Shown one piece after another: positions 40,253-49,852 of a stretch of DNA of 64,000 nt; position 1 is the stretch's first letter, and each line of letters opens with the position of its first letter. Source of the stretch: a virus (taxonomy: Duplodnaviria > Heunggongvirae > Uroviricota > Caudoviricetes). Location: IMG/VR virus record IMGVR_UViG_3300043406_000147, one strand, 5' to 3'. A program made the position numbers and the translations under genes. The notes under the pieces were generated by a model. It saw nothing but the letters and a program-made list of their open reading frames with translations, did not search any database and was not told the DNA's origin.

Positions 40253-40771
40253 GTGGATACTACGACAAAAGACACCACGGGTGATGGATTCAATGACACA
40301 GGGACGATCAGGTTCGATGTGATGATTCCGCCTCATGACCCAAGGATAGACACACCGCTGTATATCCGAACGCGCAAGCTGCTGATCACACGGGACAAGA
40401 TGTGCTTTGTGTGCCAGAGAACTGCGAGACAATCAGGTGCTCCTTTGGAAGCACATCACCATCCCATCATGCGTTCAATGATGAACATGGTAGATTGGCC
40501 GAGGTTTATTCGCCTAGCTAGGTTGGGTCACTGGGGACCTAACGTGCAGGCTTTCAACTGGGACAAGTTCAGTTTAGATGACGTTGTTAAGTTTGTGGAT
40601 GATATGCGCTACAACGGAATGCTGCTTTGCGCGACGCACCACAGGGCAATGAATGCTGGGATACACGCATTACCGTACCCTCTCTTTTTAGCACAAGCGT
40701 ACGGCTTGGAAGGCTATCAATTTAGCAAAACACAAACACTGGTACATGCAGATGACGATCCTGTAATTTGA
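40253..40771 (+). CDS. HNH endonuclease
   Basis: CFVCQ...EAHHHP and a later CATHHRAMNAGIH form a CxxC...HH...N...H HNH signature. The GTG start at 40253 is chosen by RBS AAAGGGA; the TTG 40217 and ATG 40322 alternatives are possible. Confidence 0.5.
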   Translation: MDTTTKDTTGDGFNDTGTIRFDVMIPPHDPRIDTPLYIRTRKLLITRDKMCFVCQRTARQSGAPLEAHHHPIMRSMMNMVDWPRFIRLARLGHWGPNVQAFNWDKFSLDDVVKFVDDMRYNGMLLCATHHRAMNAGIHALPYPLFLAQAYGLEGYQFSKTQTLVHADDDPVI

Positions 40772-40778
40772 TTTGGTG

Positions 40779-40828
40779 TCATAGACCCTCCTGAGCTGCC
40801 GACTAAGCAAGCTCAGGAGGGTCTATGA
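40779..40828. repeat. perfect 18-bp-stem hairpin
   Basis: TCATAGACCCTCCTGAGC-(14 nt loop)-GCTCAGGAGGGTCTATGA lies directly after the HNH gene. Confidence 0.7.
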
Positions 40829-40894
40829 TTGCATTGAATTATGGACATAGATTATTGATTGGAACACCCGTTCAAACCACTTAGGAGTTATCGC

Positions 40895-41560
40895 ATGTCT
40901 TCCGATTTTCTTGATACCAGTGTTGTTCGTTCGATTAACCTGGATGCTGTTCGTGCTGGTGAACAACCTGATGTTTCGGTCAATTTCAAAAATGCAGCCT
41001 TTATGCAAGGCTCAATGGGTGCGCTGTCCATCAAATTCGAAAAGGGCTGGATGATCCTGGAGGATGAATCGTTCTACGAGGGGGTGCATGACGGTACCAG
41101 AATCAGAGTCAAGCCGCCCGTAGCGCAAGTTGTTCGGCCAATCAACTTTGTTGTTGAAGAGCGAGACTTCACTGAAGCCGGTGGTGATTTGTGGTCGGTT
41201 GTGGTACAGATCGACCCGTATCGGCAGCCAGTGGCTTTTTCTCGCATAGGTCAGCGTTACGAGCGATTCTTGCTCAACTCAGAAGTCGTTGCGTTCGATT
41301 CGAACGTCTGCGATTTAATCATGGACAAGAAGGTAGTTGAGACCAGTTTGCCCGACTCTCGAATTCGGCTCCTTGAGAAGCCGCAAGATGGCAAGAAGCC
41401 GTTGATTCTGAAACCTTTCATCAAGTTTTACGCCAGCCTCGATGTGCTCCCGCAGCTTGGGCGTTGCCTGGAAAAATGCAGGAAAATGAATGGAGATGAA
41501 CCGCCCCTGGCATCGGCCAGCATCGAAGTAGAAACTCTGAAATACCAACTGGTTTCGTGA
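40895..41560 (+). CDS. triplicated family A member 1 (FEKGWM(I/V)LE(D/N)E motif)
   Basis: TAGGAG RBS and the motif SIKFEKGWMILEDESFYEG. Confidence 0.55.
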   Translation: MSSDFLDTSVVRSINLDAVRAGEQPDVSVNFKNAAFMQGSMGALSIKFEKGWMILEDESFYEGVHDGTRIRVKPPVAQVVRPINFVVEERDFTEAGGDLWSVVVQIDPYRQPVAFSRIGQRYERFLLNSEVVAFDSNVCDLIMDKKVVETSLPDSRIRLLEKPQDGKKPLILKPFIKFYASLDVLPQLGRCLEKCRKMNGDEPPLASASIEVETLKYQLVS

Positions 41561-41613
41561 ACGAAGGGGTGATGCGTCACCCCACAGCATCCCACATTAC
41601 TTAGGAGAACGAA

Positions 41614-42258
41614 ATGCCAGTGTGGCAGCATCTCGGTGTCAACTACCCAAGCGTTCAGGCGGCGGAAGAAACACCCATGAACGAAGAAGCGAACCGCTTT
41701 CCGGATACCGTATATCTGACGCATGATCCGAAAAGACCCCTTTGCGTCAAGTTTGAAAAGGGCTGGATGGTTCTGGAAGACGAACGTCGCTACCCCAACA
41801 ATCTTGGCGAAGATAAAAAACCACCGATCATTAGTGCGATTCATCCGGTTGAACTTAGAATTCTTGACCAGGATTCGGAAGACCGGGAGCGTGGTGAAAT
41901 TGTGTTCGAGGTGCTTTTCAGAGAGTACGTGGGGATACGAGCTTGTCGGGTGGATGAAAGTTATTTGGATGCAGGCTCTATTCCAGCCCCTCGCAGAATC
42001 GTCGATAGCCCAATAGTGCTTGCTGATTTTATCCGGCACTGTTGGCGAGAAACCATTCTGCCCGCCATGGGCGTGAAGATTTTACACTACACCGACCCTG
42101 GCGAACGAGAAACCAGAAAGAATTCTTCGCGTGAACCGCGTTTGATTCTGGTCGTGAAGCAGCGTTACGCTAGTCAGATTGCTTGTGCAATTCGCAAGCA
42201 CAGCACCGTAAATATTTTTAGCGAATGGGAGCACGCTGAGCACTTTTATAAGAAGTGA
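41614..42258 (+). CDS. triplicated family A member 2
   Basis: Motif CVKFEKGWMVLEDERRY...VFEVLFREYVGIRACRVDESY. TAGGAG RBS. Confidence 0.55.
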   Translation: MPVWQHLGVNYPSVQAAEETPMNEEANRFPDTVYLTHDPKRPLCVKFEKGWMVLEDERRYPNNLGEDKKPPIISAIHPVELRILDQDSEDRERGEIVFEVLFREYVGIRACRVDESYLDAGSIPAPRRIVDSPIVLADFIRHCWRETILPAMGVKILHYTDPGERETRKNSSREPRLILVVKQRYASQIACAIRKHSTVNIFSEWEHAEHFYKK

Positions 42259-42306
42259 AACCCCTACCGGTGATTACCGCCACTTTGAAATCACAAAGGA
42301 TTCTCC

Positions 42307-42900
42307 ATGAGTCAAACCGACTACCGCGCAATTTCTTTCTTCAATGCAGTCACCCTCCCGACCGATCCTGATATTGAACTCACCATTCGATTTGAGAAGG
42401 GTTGGATGGTCCTTGAGAATGAACACGTTTATGACGTGTTGGATCGGGGGGTTGTTCGAAAAATGAAAGACCCCATTCGCTTGTTCATTCATCCGACCGA
42501 TTACTTCGTGGTCGATCAGGATGCTGATGAATATCAAAAAGGAATTGAAGTATCACAAGGGGTGGGGATCTTTGAAGTCGTTTTCAAACCGCACGTTGGG
42601 CTGACGGCTTGTCGTGCGGATGAGTCATATTTTCAATTGGGACCTATTACAACACCCGGTCACATTGTGCGGGATGTTGTTCAGTTGAAAACCATGATTC
42701 AAGAAGGCAAGCTGATGGAGGCTATCCTCCCAGAAGCACGTGTGAACGTGTTGTTCTTACCGAAGGATTCCGTGCTTGGTCCGCTTTATAGACCATCCCG
42801 CAGAGATCCGCGACTGGTGATGTACGTGAAGAATAACTACGCTGGCGTTGTCTCTAACGCAATTGACCATCATCAGAAAATCAACATCTACGAAGCGTAA
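42307..42900 (+). CDS. triplicated family A member 3
   Basis: Motif TIRFEKGWMVLENEHVY...IFEVVFKPHVGLTACRADESY. AAGGA RBS. Confidence 0.55.
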   Translation: MSQTDYRAISFFNAVTLPTDPDIELTIRFEKGWMVLENEHVYDVLDRGVVRKMKDPIRLFIHPTDYFVVDQDADEYQKGIEVSQGVGIFEVVFKPHVGLTACRADESYFQLGPITTPGHIVRDVVQLKTMIQEGKLMEAILPEARVNVLFLPKDSVLGPLYRPSRRDPRLVMYVKNNYAGVVSNAIDHHQKINIYEA

Positions 42901-42938
42901 CTGCATAACCATCGCTTCAGCGAAAGGAACATCTAGAA

Positions 42939-43370
42939 ATGAACGAGAAAATCAAAACCGGATATGCGTGGGCGTCACCCGCGCTTGTGAAGTTCGTCCG
43001 CTCAAAAGCAACGAACGATTTCATGGAGCTACAAAAACTCACCGATCGCGAGTTTGGCACTATCATCCAGTACCCTGAGATTTCGGGGTACGATAAATTG
43101 GGCTCGCATTGCCACCCTGTTGCAATGAAAGGTCCGAATTTCCCACCCCATGTCGATCCGCGAATTATTGTCGGAAACCGGCCGTGGCGCGCGTTTTTCT
43201 GGGTTCTTGATACACCAGAAAGCGGGCAGGAAGTGCATCTCCAAGTGGGGAATCGTTGCATTGGTTTGTGCAAAGGAGATTACGCTGTCTTCGATGCGGA
43301 ACTGATGCACTCGGCACAATCCTCGCGGGTCTGGTACGGTATCAGCGCCCAATTTGAAATCGTGAAATAA
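42939..43370 (+). CDS. small cupin/2OG-Fe(II)-oxygenase-like protein (weak)
   Basis: The order PHVDP (HxD) ... ELMHS (His) ... RVWYGIS (Arg) fits the double-stranded beta-helix oxygenase facial triad; the call is speculative. Confidence 0.35.
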   Translation: MNEKIKTGYAWASPALVKFVRSKATNDFMELQKLTDREFGTIIQYPEISGYDKLGSHCHPVAMKGPNFPPHVDPRIIVGNRPWRAFFWVLDTPESGQEVHLQVGNRCIGLCKGDYAVFDAELMHSAQSSRVWYGISAQFEIVK

Positions 43371-43382
43371 GGAAATTTTGTC

Positions 43383-43880
43383 ATGGTTCTCACTTCTCTT
43401 GAAAAGGGTGGAATATCCCCCTTCGACACGTATCCCGAACTGAATACGATTTGGTCGCCCGAGCATACGGCTTTAGCCAGGGCTGCAACTGACGACTGGC
43501 TGCAGACCGATGATTCTGGGGAAATCTGCCTGATCGAATGCATTGCGGATACAGGTGTGGTTATTGCTGGAATCACTGGTTGGTGGCCGTTAGACAAAAC
43601 CAGAGCCGGCCTGCGCTGGCACGGCGTCGTCGAGCAATACAGAATGAAACGCATCTCACGCGGTGCGATTCGCAGAATGTGCAACACCTCTTTGTTGGAC
43701 TTTGACCAACTCGTTGAAGTCACGATGAGTGATGCGCCGGTCGATCACTTTCTCGCTGTAGGCTTCGTCGAGGTAACAGATGAAAAAGAAAAAGAAGAAC
43801 TGTTCGACTTAGTCGGTGGTTATGGTCACCGCTTTCTCACGCTGGATGTGAACATCTACCGCAACCGCAATTTTCTCTGA
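43383..43880 (+). CDS. hypothetical protein
   Basis: A 165-aa ORF with an AAGGA RBS. Confidence 0.45.
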   Translation: MVLTSLEKGGISPFDTYPELNTIWSPEHTALARAATDDWLQTDDSGEICLIECIADTGVVIAGITGWWPLDKTRAGLRWHGVVEQYRMKRISRGAIRRMCNTSLLDFDQLVEVTMSDAPVDHFLAVGFVEVTDEKEKEELFDLVGGYGHRFLTLDVNIYRNRNFL

Positions 43881-43892
43881 TTGGAATCAAAC

Positions 43893-44681
43893 ATGTCTGA
43901 AGATAAACTGATTGAACACCCCGGTACCTTTATCAGCACGCAATACAACCCCGCCTGCCATCAAATTTTTGAGAGTACCCGAGTGAATCTCTTGGCGACT
44001 TTCATGGAGGATCGGCTCTCAGACTTACTTGGGGTGTTCAAACCCTTCCTCAGAGCTGGTTACTGTACCATCGGAAACTACGACATTGCTACGGTGCGTC
44101 TCGATCTTTTGCGCTTGCCCGATGATGCATTCGACCGTTTTTGTATGGCTTACATGCTTACTGTACTGAGCGGTAATTCGCAGCTGTTCCATACGGGGAA
44201 TAAAGGATGGGATGCTGTTTATTTGGTAAAATGCCAACTTGAGATTTTCAAGCCGACCACCTTGACCTTTCAGCATAACACTTATGAAATGCTCCGAAGG
44301 ATAGGCTGCGCTTCAAGCACTTGTGCGGACCTTAAAGGCGAATTTGAAGACCAGCAAAAGAAAGAAAAAGACGAAGAAAGTATTTGGAGACAAACGTGTA
44401 GTTTCCCAGATAACTACTTCGTAAATGTCTGCAGTAAGACTTTTAAAGAAATGGACGTTGACTACGACATTGGCGTGGAATCTATCTCCGTACCAATGTT
44501 TACTTTTGAAACATTTAGAAAAATTCATCACGCTGACAGTAATTCAGCGCAAGCCCTTTATATTGCAGTTTGCGCAGCAATTCGGAATTTAACGATTACT
44601 GATCCTCGCCTCCCGACAGACGTTCGACGTAAAAATCTAACGCGAACCGATTTCTACACTCCCGAAAAGGAACCAACATGA
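43893..44681 (+). CDS. triplicated family B member 1 (FD.FCMAY motif)
   Basis: Motif DAFDRFCMAYMLTVLSGNSQLFHTGNKGWD. ATG at 43893. Confidence 0.5.
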   Translation: MSEDKLIEHPGTFISTQYNPACHQIFESTRVNLLATFMEDRLSDLLGVFKPFLRAGYCTIGNYDIATVRLDLLRLPDDAFDRFCMAYMLTVLSGNSQLFHTGNKGWDAVYLVKCQLEIFKPTTLTFQHNTYEMLRRIGCASSTCADLKGEFEDQQKKEKDEESIWRQTCSFPDNYFVNVCSKTFKEMDVDYDIGVESISVPMFTFETFRKIHHADSNSAQALYIAVCAAIRNLTITDPRLPTDVRRKNLTRTDFYTPEKEPT

Positions 44682-45454
44682 CTGCAATCACTAGCGCAAT
44701 CGCGCACAAGTACACCTCCGGCGAGTCGCACTCCGACGACTACATGAAATTCAAGATGCTGGCAAGTAGTGTCTTCATGGATCTTGTCAAATCAGTGTTT
44801 GGTACTTTTGGTGAGTACCTGGAGATCATGGATGTGGATCTCTCATCCACCCGCGGTACCGTGAAGCTCAAGCTCATCAAATCCCCGGATGGGTTTGATG
44901 CCTTTTGTATGGCCTTTGCTCTGATGAAGGCGTCCGGCCTACCTGATGAAAATGATATCGGAGAAGAAGTATGGTGGCGGCAAGTCCACCTCCTCACTAT
45001 TCAGATGAGGCAGTACCGGGAAGCGAAGATAATCCTTTCCAACAAACTGTACTTCTTCAATGAGCGATTAGACGCCGCGCTCTCAGCGGGCAAACATGCG
45101 CTTATGCAGAAGTACATGGAACAGGCTGAACAACAGGGGCTTCGAGAAGTGGTGCGAGATAAAGTAGCTGGCCGCCTCGGCTTATTTTACAGCATCTTTC
45201 AAGACCATCTGGATCTGACGGCTACAAAGCTGGCAATGTCGGGCTGGGATCGGGGTAGTCATCGTGTCCCAATGATCGCCTTTTACCAGTTCAACGAGAT
45301 CACGATGCAAATGAAGGATCAACCAGCAAGCCACGAAGACTTGTACATCGCGTATTGCGAGTGCTTGGTCCGCCTGACAGGCATCGACCCTTCGCAACCA
45401 ATCGATATTCGTCAGATGAATCTGAAGAGTATTAGCCGTTACCACGCTGCCTAA
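44678..45454 (+). CDS. triplicated family B member 2
   Basis: Motif DGFDAFCMAFALMKASGLPDENDIGEEVWW. AAAGGA RBS; the start overlaps the upstream stop. Confidence 0.5.
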   Translation: MTAITSAIAHKYTSGESHSDDYMKFKMLASSVFMDLVKSVFGTFGEYLEIMDVDLSSTRGTVKLKLIKSPDGFDAFCMAFALMKASGLPDENDIGEEVWWRQVHLLTIQMRQYREAKIILSNKLYFFNERLDAALSAGKHALMQKYMEQAEQQGLREVVRDKVAGRLGLFYSIFQDHLDLTATKLAMSGWDRGSHRVPMIAFYQFNEITMQMKDQPASHEDLYIAYCECLVRLTGIDPSQPIDIRQMNLKSISRYHAA

Positions 45455-45643
45455 CTGAGTCTCAATAGGGGAAGATTGGTACGGGCCTAGGAAAGTACAC
45501 GGCCCTCAAATTTTAGACCACCACACTACTCTTCTACGTGATACCTCAAACCGAGAAGCGATCCGTGAGCTGTACGAAAAGGTTTCCGCGATGGCCAAAA
45601 AGTACAGCATCACCATCAAAGGGCTGAGTTAGCCCGAACCAAG

Positions 45644-45673
45644 CGGCATAAATGGGGGCGCATGCCCCCGATG
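45644..45673. repeat. conserved palindromic repeat family copy (CGGCATAAATGGGGGCGCATGCCCCCGATG)
   Basis: Same CGGCATAAATGGG arm as the copies at 33530 and 62411. Lies in a 250-nt intergenic gap. Confidence 0.6.
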
Positions 45674-45703
45674 TTCAATACTTACCTAGGAATGCGAATC
45701 ACC

Positions 45704-46039
45704 ATGGCAAAACCATCCCGCAATCTTTCAATTCTCGCTTCCATGCTGGTGAAGCATGTCGAACGTGGCCACCACACTGACGGGTTTTTCCTCGACCTCA
45801 CTATATTAGATCCCTTCTTTGTTTCTCGTGGACTCAAGAAATATCCCCTAAGTGCACCACTTCGTCGTCGATCCGGCATTCAGAAAGCCGCGATTCTTCG
45901 ATTAGCTGACGAGCGACTGAAGAAAAAGAAGATTGATCGAATCAAACAGGATAGAAAAATAGCAGAAGAATTAGCAGCACGCCTTAAGCCATTCATGTAC
46001 GACATTAAACCCAAAGCCTACCGGCAAAGTTACTACTAA
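45704..46039 (+). CDS. small basic hypothetical protein (start uncertain)
   Basis: ATG at 45704 (MAKPSRN...). The upstream ATG at 45662 lies inside the repeat hairpin. Confidence 0.3.
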   Translation: MAKPSRNLSILASMLVKHVERGHHTDGFFLDLTILDPFFVSRGLKKYPLSAPLRRRSGIQKAAILRLADERLKKKKIDRIKQDRKIAEELAARLKPFMYDIKPKAYRQSYY

Positions 46040-46050
46040 GGAGCCCGATC

Positions 46051-46875
46051 ATGGAAGTCTACTTCAAAAACGGAATACCCCTCCCGGCAGCGTACGCTCC
46101 TGTCCTTGAGGATAGTTTGTTCATGCAGGCTGTCTCCCGTAACACAGACCTAAACGACCAGACCTTCTCCGGACTGGTGTACGAAACAACCCAGCGTGTG
46201 CTTACCTCCGCGCTGGCGCCGTTCATTGATAAGTTTTTGAAAATCAACAAAGTCGAGGTGCAAGGCACTTCCACTGCTTTGGATATAGAAGTAGTCAGCA
46301 TGCCTTCGAAGGAGTTCGATATCTTCTACATGGCGTACTGTCTGGCAAAGATCTCCAACCTGAATCCGATGGTGAACTCCTCGCGTTCTGGTTGGGACAT
46401 GGTGCTCGATTTGACCGTGCAGCTGAAGCGAAATCAGGGTGTTGTTTTGTATTTCGCAATACCTTCGTTTGTTCTAATGGAGAGATTATTCATTCTGAGT
46501 GCCGACCGCGATGTGGGTGGATTGTGTTCGGCATACGTTGACAGTGTGGATCGTCTGTCTGCGGTCGCAGACAGCATAAGGGAAATAACACCCGCACTGG
46601 GTCAAGAGTATGTTTCTTTGTTCGAACGTGTTTTCAAAGACACGGGTGGATATGTGGATGCTCGCGGCAAGTGTGCTCCCCAGATTAACCAAGTTGAATT
46701 CGCTCATCTCGTTGAATCCTACTGGCTACCCACCCGTCACGATCAAAGCGAGCTTCGTAAGCTCCACACGCTCTACGCTTCCTACATCACTGGAAAAGCA
46801 GGCCGATCTCCGGCGTTCCACGCTGATGTTCATTCGCTCAACTTGTTCACCCCCCACACCTACCGGTTCAATTAA
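46051..46875 (+). CDS. triplicated family B member 3
   Basis: Motif SKEFDIFYMAYCLAKISNLNPMVNSSRSGWD. AAGGAG RBS. Confidence 0.5.
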   Translation: MEVYFKNGIPLPAAYAPVLEDSLFMQAVSRNTDLNDQTFSGLVYETTQRVLTSALAPFIDKFLKINKVEVQGTSTALDIEVVSMPSKEFDIFYMAYCLAKISNLNPMVNSSRSGWDMVLDLTVQLKRNQGVVLYFAIPSFVLMERLFILSADRDVGGLCSAYVDSVDRLSAVADSIREITPALGQEYVSLFERVFKDTGGYVDARGKCAPQINQVEFAHLVESYWLPTRHDQSELRKLHTLYASYITGKAGRSPAFHADVHSLNLFTPHTYRFN

Positions 46876-46878
46876 AAA

Positions 46879-47436
46879 ATGAAGACCATTACCACAGTAC
46901 ACAAGGTTCGCCCAGGACTCCCCAATTTTTCAAAACTGGGAGATGTACCCGTGCACTTATTGGAAACGCGAGTGATCAACTTTCTGCATGGATACGCTCG
47001 TGCAGAAGGCATCGGCTTGCCAGTGAAGTTGCCAACCGAATCCGATGTGACTCGCGTAGCCGAACATCTGGCGAAGTCATACCGGAGACTCTCTCCGTTC
47101 ATCCTCCTCAAGATGGGAAAACGCGGGGAGGTGGTATTCATGCTGCCTGCATGGGTAGACTCCATTCAAGCACGAAAAGTCGTCGAGTCGTATTTCTGCA
47201 TTTACCGAGTGATTGGTTTTTGCAAGCAAACCTGCCACCTTGGCTTGTTCAAGGTGTTCAAGTTTGCGCCGATCATCATCGACAACATTGTCTTTGACTT
47301 GTCCGCGTATTCTGAGCAGATGAAGTTTTTTGACACAACACTCCCAATGCACCTTCAGTTTGTACTCAACACACAGACTGGGCGAATCAGCTCAGAATGG
47401 TGTAATGTCAAGGAGGATGAAAATGCCGATTTTTAA
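46879..47436 (+). CDS. hypothetical protein
   Basis: A 185-aa ORF tightly following the previous stop. Confidence 0.45.
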   Translation: MKTITTVHKVRPGLPNFSKLGDVPVHLLETRVINFLHGYARAEGIGLPVKLPTESDVTRVAEHLAKSYRRLSPFILLKMGKRGEVVFMLPAWVDSIQARKVVESYFCIYRVIGFCKQTCHLGLFKVFKFAPIIIDNIVFDLSAYSEQMKFFDTTLPMHLQFVLNTQTGRISSEWCNVKEDENADF

Positions 47437-47818
47437 ATGGGAAGAAGGTCGCCAAGGCGGGTACGAGAAACTCACCATCTTCAGCCTCAAGAAGTTAAAG
47501 TGTGATCTTCACTTGATCCGATTAAAGCCATTTTGTTGCGTGCCTTGGCACAAGGACCCTGTTGCTGATGGGTTTGAGCATCACCGAATCAACTTGGATC
47601 TGATTCGCCCGTCTAAAGGAGGAGTGACAAAGATCGCAAAACATGAAAGGCCGTTAGCTACCCATGTCGCCCCAAGATTGTACCGATTTCGACCCGATTT
47701 GCAATATCACGAGGTCAGCACGGTTTGTGACCCAAATGTGAGGGGTGAATCACTCCTCATCCTGAGCTTTGGATGGCTCAAGAAAGTTAAGCCACATGTC
47801 ATCGGAAGATTCCGATGA
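47423..47818 (+). CDS. hypothetical protein (possible degenerate 2OG-oxygenase-like fold)
   Basis: ATG at 47423 after an AGGAGG. Contains WHKD...EHHRINLDLIR. Confidence 0.4.
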   Translation: MPIFKWEEGRQGGYEKLTIFSLKKLKCDLHLIRLKPFCCVPWHKDPVADGFEHHRINLDLIRPSKGGVTKIAKHERPLATHVAPRLYRFRPDLQYHEVSTVCDPNVRGESLLILSFGWLKKVKPHVIGRFR

Positions 47819-47863
47819 CATGTGGATGTACGACGACTGTGACGATTAAGAAAGAATACTGCC

Positions 47864-48520
47864 ATGACCATCACCCGCAATCATAACGTCCGCGCTGCTG
47901 CCATCGCGCTCCTCAAATTGGCATACGTCGACAAGGTGGAGATCACACCAGAGACCATGCAAAAATACAAGGCCAGTCGACGCGCCCTGAAGAAGGGCTG
48001 CTTCAGTATGACTTGTCGCGTTGCTTTCGATCTCGCCATGAAGAAATACAACAGCGATCTGTTTTTCCAAAACAAGAAAAACAGAGAAGAGAACTTCAGC
48101 CGGGAAGTTCGTAAACATATGGATCGGATCGAAGAAGAGTTCTTCGAGAAAGCCAAGCTGCTTCTGTCCAAGCTGCAGGAGACCCGGCATATCTGGGGTG
48201 CGTTAAAAACAGGACATGACATCCAGAAATTTTTATTTGAAGAAGAGCGGTTTGCTAAAGAACTCTGGATTTTGATCACCAACGTTTCAATCGTTACACA
48301 TCGCTTCGAAAAGTACAAAGACGGCCTGTGGTTTGTCGTCGAGGATTTTGTTGGGTATTCTTGTCAAATAGGCGGATCGTTAGTCCTGTTTCCGAATGAC
48401 GACTACCCCGGCGGGCTCGCACTTACCTACCCCGAAGGAAAACACTCGTACATCTGGACTAACTTCGAGAACTATCACATCACGCCGATTCCCCCAACGG
48501 GTGAGATTGTCGAAGGTTAA
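47864..48520 (+). CDS. hypothetical protein
   Basis: A 218-aa ORF from an AT-rich segment. Confidence 0.45.
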   Translation: MTITRNHNVRAAAIALLKLAYVDKVEITPETMQKYKASRRALKKGCFSMTCRVAFDLAMKKYNSDLFFQNKKNREENFSREVRKHMDRIEEEFFEKAKLLLSKLQETRHIWGALKTGHDIQKFLFEEERFAKELWILITNVSIVTHRFEKYKDGLWFVVEDFVGYSCQIGGSLVLFPNDDYPGGLALTYPEGKHSYIWTNFENYHITPIPPTGEIVEG

Positions 48521-48525
48521 GTGTG

Positions 48526-48762
48526 ATGGATAACGAAAAGAAGCTAGACAGTGCAATTCGCACATTAAAGTTGGTCGAAACAATCAGCAATGAAGCAATC
48601 AAAGCTGAGCGAACGCGGCCATTAATTCACGCAGCTAAGCACGATTATGCACTCAGGTGGACACGAGATGCAGCAGATGCACTACGGTCGATCGCAGAGA
48701 TTGTAGAAGGTGGGGATTATAAAGCCCTGTCTACTCTAATTTCGAGATTAAAGGAAACCTAA
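48526..48762 (+). CDS. small hypothetical protein
   Basis: A 78-aa ORF with ATG at 48526. Confidence 0.35.
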   Translation: MDNEKKLDSAIRTLKLVETISNEAIKAERTRPLIHAAKHDYALRWTRDAADALRSIAEIVEGGDYKALSTLISRLKET

Positions 48763-48772
48763 AAGGACAGCC

Positions 48773-49066
48773 ATGAACCACAGACGAACCATCTCCATCG
48801 CAGCGAGCCGGCTTATTCGCAATGTCTTTGTTGACAAATGTAAATACAGCACATCTGCTTTTTCCAAAGGTAATGTGCTTCACAAAGCAAAAAAGCACAA
48901 ACTGCGTAGAAAGGTCCTTCAACTTGCCAATCACCGCCTAGAGAAAAAAGGGCTACCTTCTATAGAACAACAAATCAGCAACAACTGGTGGGCTGAAATG
49001 GTCGCCGATTATGATGGTGATCCGATCCCGCACGGTGGTTGGTTTGTTGAAATCCCGACGACGTGA
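48773..49066 (+). CDS. small basic hypothetical protein
   Basis: A 97-aa ORF. Confidence 0.35.
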   Translation: MNHRRTISIAASRLIRNVFVDKCKYSTSAFSKGNVLHKAKKHKLRRKVLQLANHRLEKKGLPSIEQQISNNWWAEMVADYDGDPIPHGGWFVEIPTT

Positions 49067-49090
49067 TCGCCCAGCTTAACAAAATAGCAT

Positions 49091-49116
49091 TCCAAAAAAC
49101 TACAATCACATATAAC
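49091..49116 (+). promoter_or_regulatory. candidate promoter ATTCCA-N16-TATAAC, sharing a 16-nt identical core with 1587-1602
   Basis: TACAATCACATATAAC is identical at 1587-1602 and 49101-49116. Both copies are preceded by ATTCCA at the same spacing, and both lie upstream of gene starts. Confidence 0.4.
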
Positions 49117-49184
49117 AAGAGAGAGTGCTGGGGCTATTCCCAGCACCGAACCGCTCACCACGAGCTAACCCGAAGGATTTTGAA

Positions 49185-49775
49185 ATGAAAAACGATCGTC
49201 TGATCAGCGTTGCTGCTTCTGCTGTGGTTAAATTTGTCAAGGGTGGCGGTCTGGTATATTCTTCCCTCCCGGATTTCCCGATCATTCGGAAGGCCAAGGT
49301 CCGTGGATTACAGCGAGCCGTTTTCCGCTTGGCGGAAGCTCGCTGTATCCGTTCCTGCAGAATGGAGCTGGCAGCGCTTTCCCGCAAGAACGAGGAGAGT
49401 ATGCCGAAAGTATTTGCGGAACAAACCACCGAAACAGCAGCCAAAGAAGCCGGCCGTCTGATTCTCGGGATGATCCAAGAAAACAAGGAGTGGGAGGTTC
49501 TTAGCTACTATGGGCAAGAGCTTTTCTTGAAGGAGATCTCGAAGAAGACTGGAATCACTGTTGACGACCCGTACTTCTACAGCACAAGCAAAACGACATC
49601 CAGTTGCTATGTGGATGTCGGATTCCCGCACAATGTAGCGGTTACGCTACCGAATGCTAAACAGGGCATTGCCGGTGAAGTGATCGGGAAGCTTGAACTT
49701 CTGGAAAGGAGCGCACAATTTGACGCTGATCACGATTACCCCGATTGCAGCGAAGGTGATTGGGATGTCGTCTGA
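49185..49775 (+). CDS. hypothetical protein
   Basis: ATG at 49185 after an AAGGA. 196 aa. Confidence 0.45.
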   Translation: MKNDRLISVAASAVVKFVKGGGLVYSSLPDFPIIRKAKVRGLQRAVFRLAEARCIRSCRMELAALSRKNEESMPKVFAEQTTETAAKEAGRLILGMIQENKEWEVLSYYGQELFLKEISKKTGITVDDPYFYSTSKTTSSCYVDVGFPHNVAVTLPNAKQGIAGEVIGKLELLERSAQFDADHDYPDCSEGDWDVV

Positions 49776-49852
49776 TGCGGCATAAAAGATCGCCTTCGGG
49801 CGATCTAAGAAAAGGCTTGTCCTTTTCTTTTTTCTTTCTTGAGAGGTACGTT

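Noticed and set aside
45662-45703. ATG at 45662 as the start of the small basic ORF
   Set aside because: It lies inside the conserved repeat hairpin (GGGGGCGCATGCCCCC). The ATG at 45704 is preferred, and the gene itself is low-confidence.
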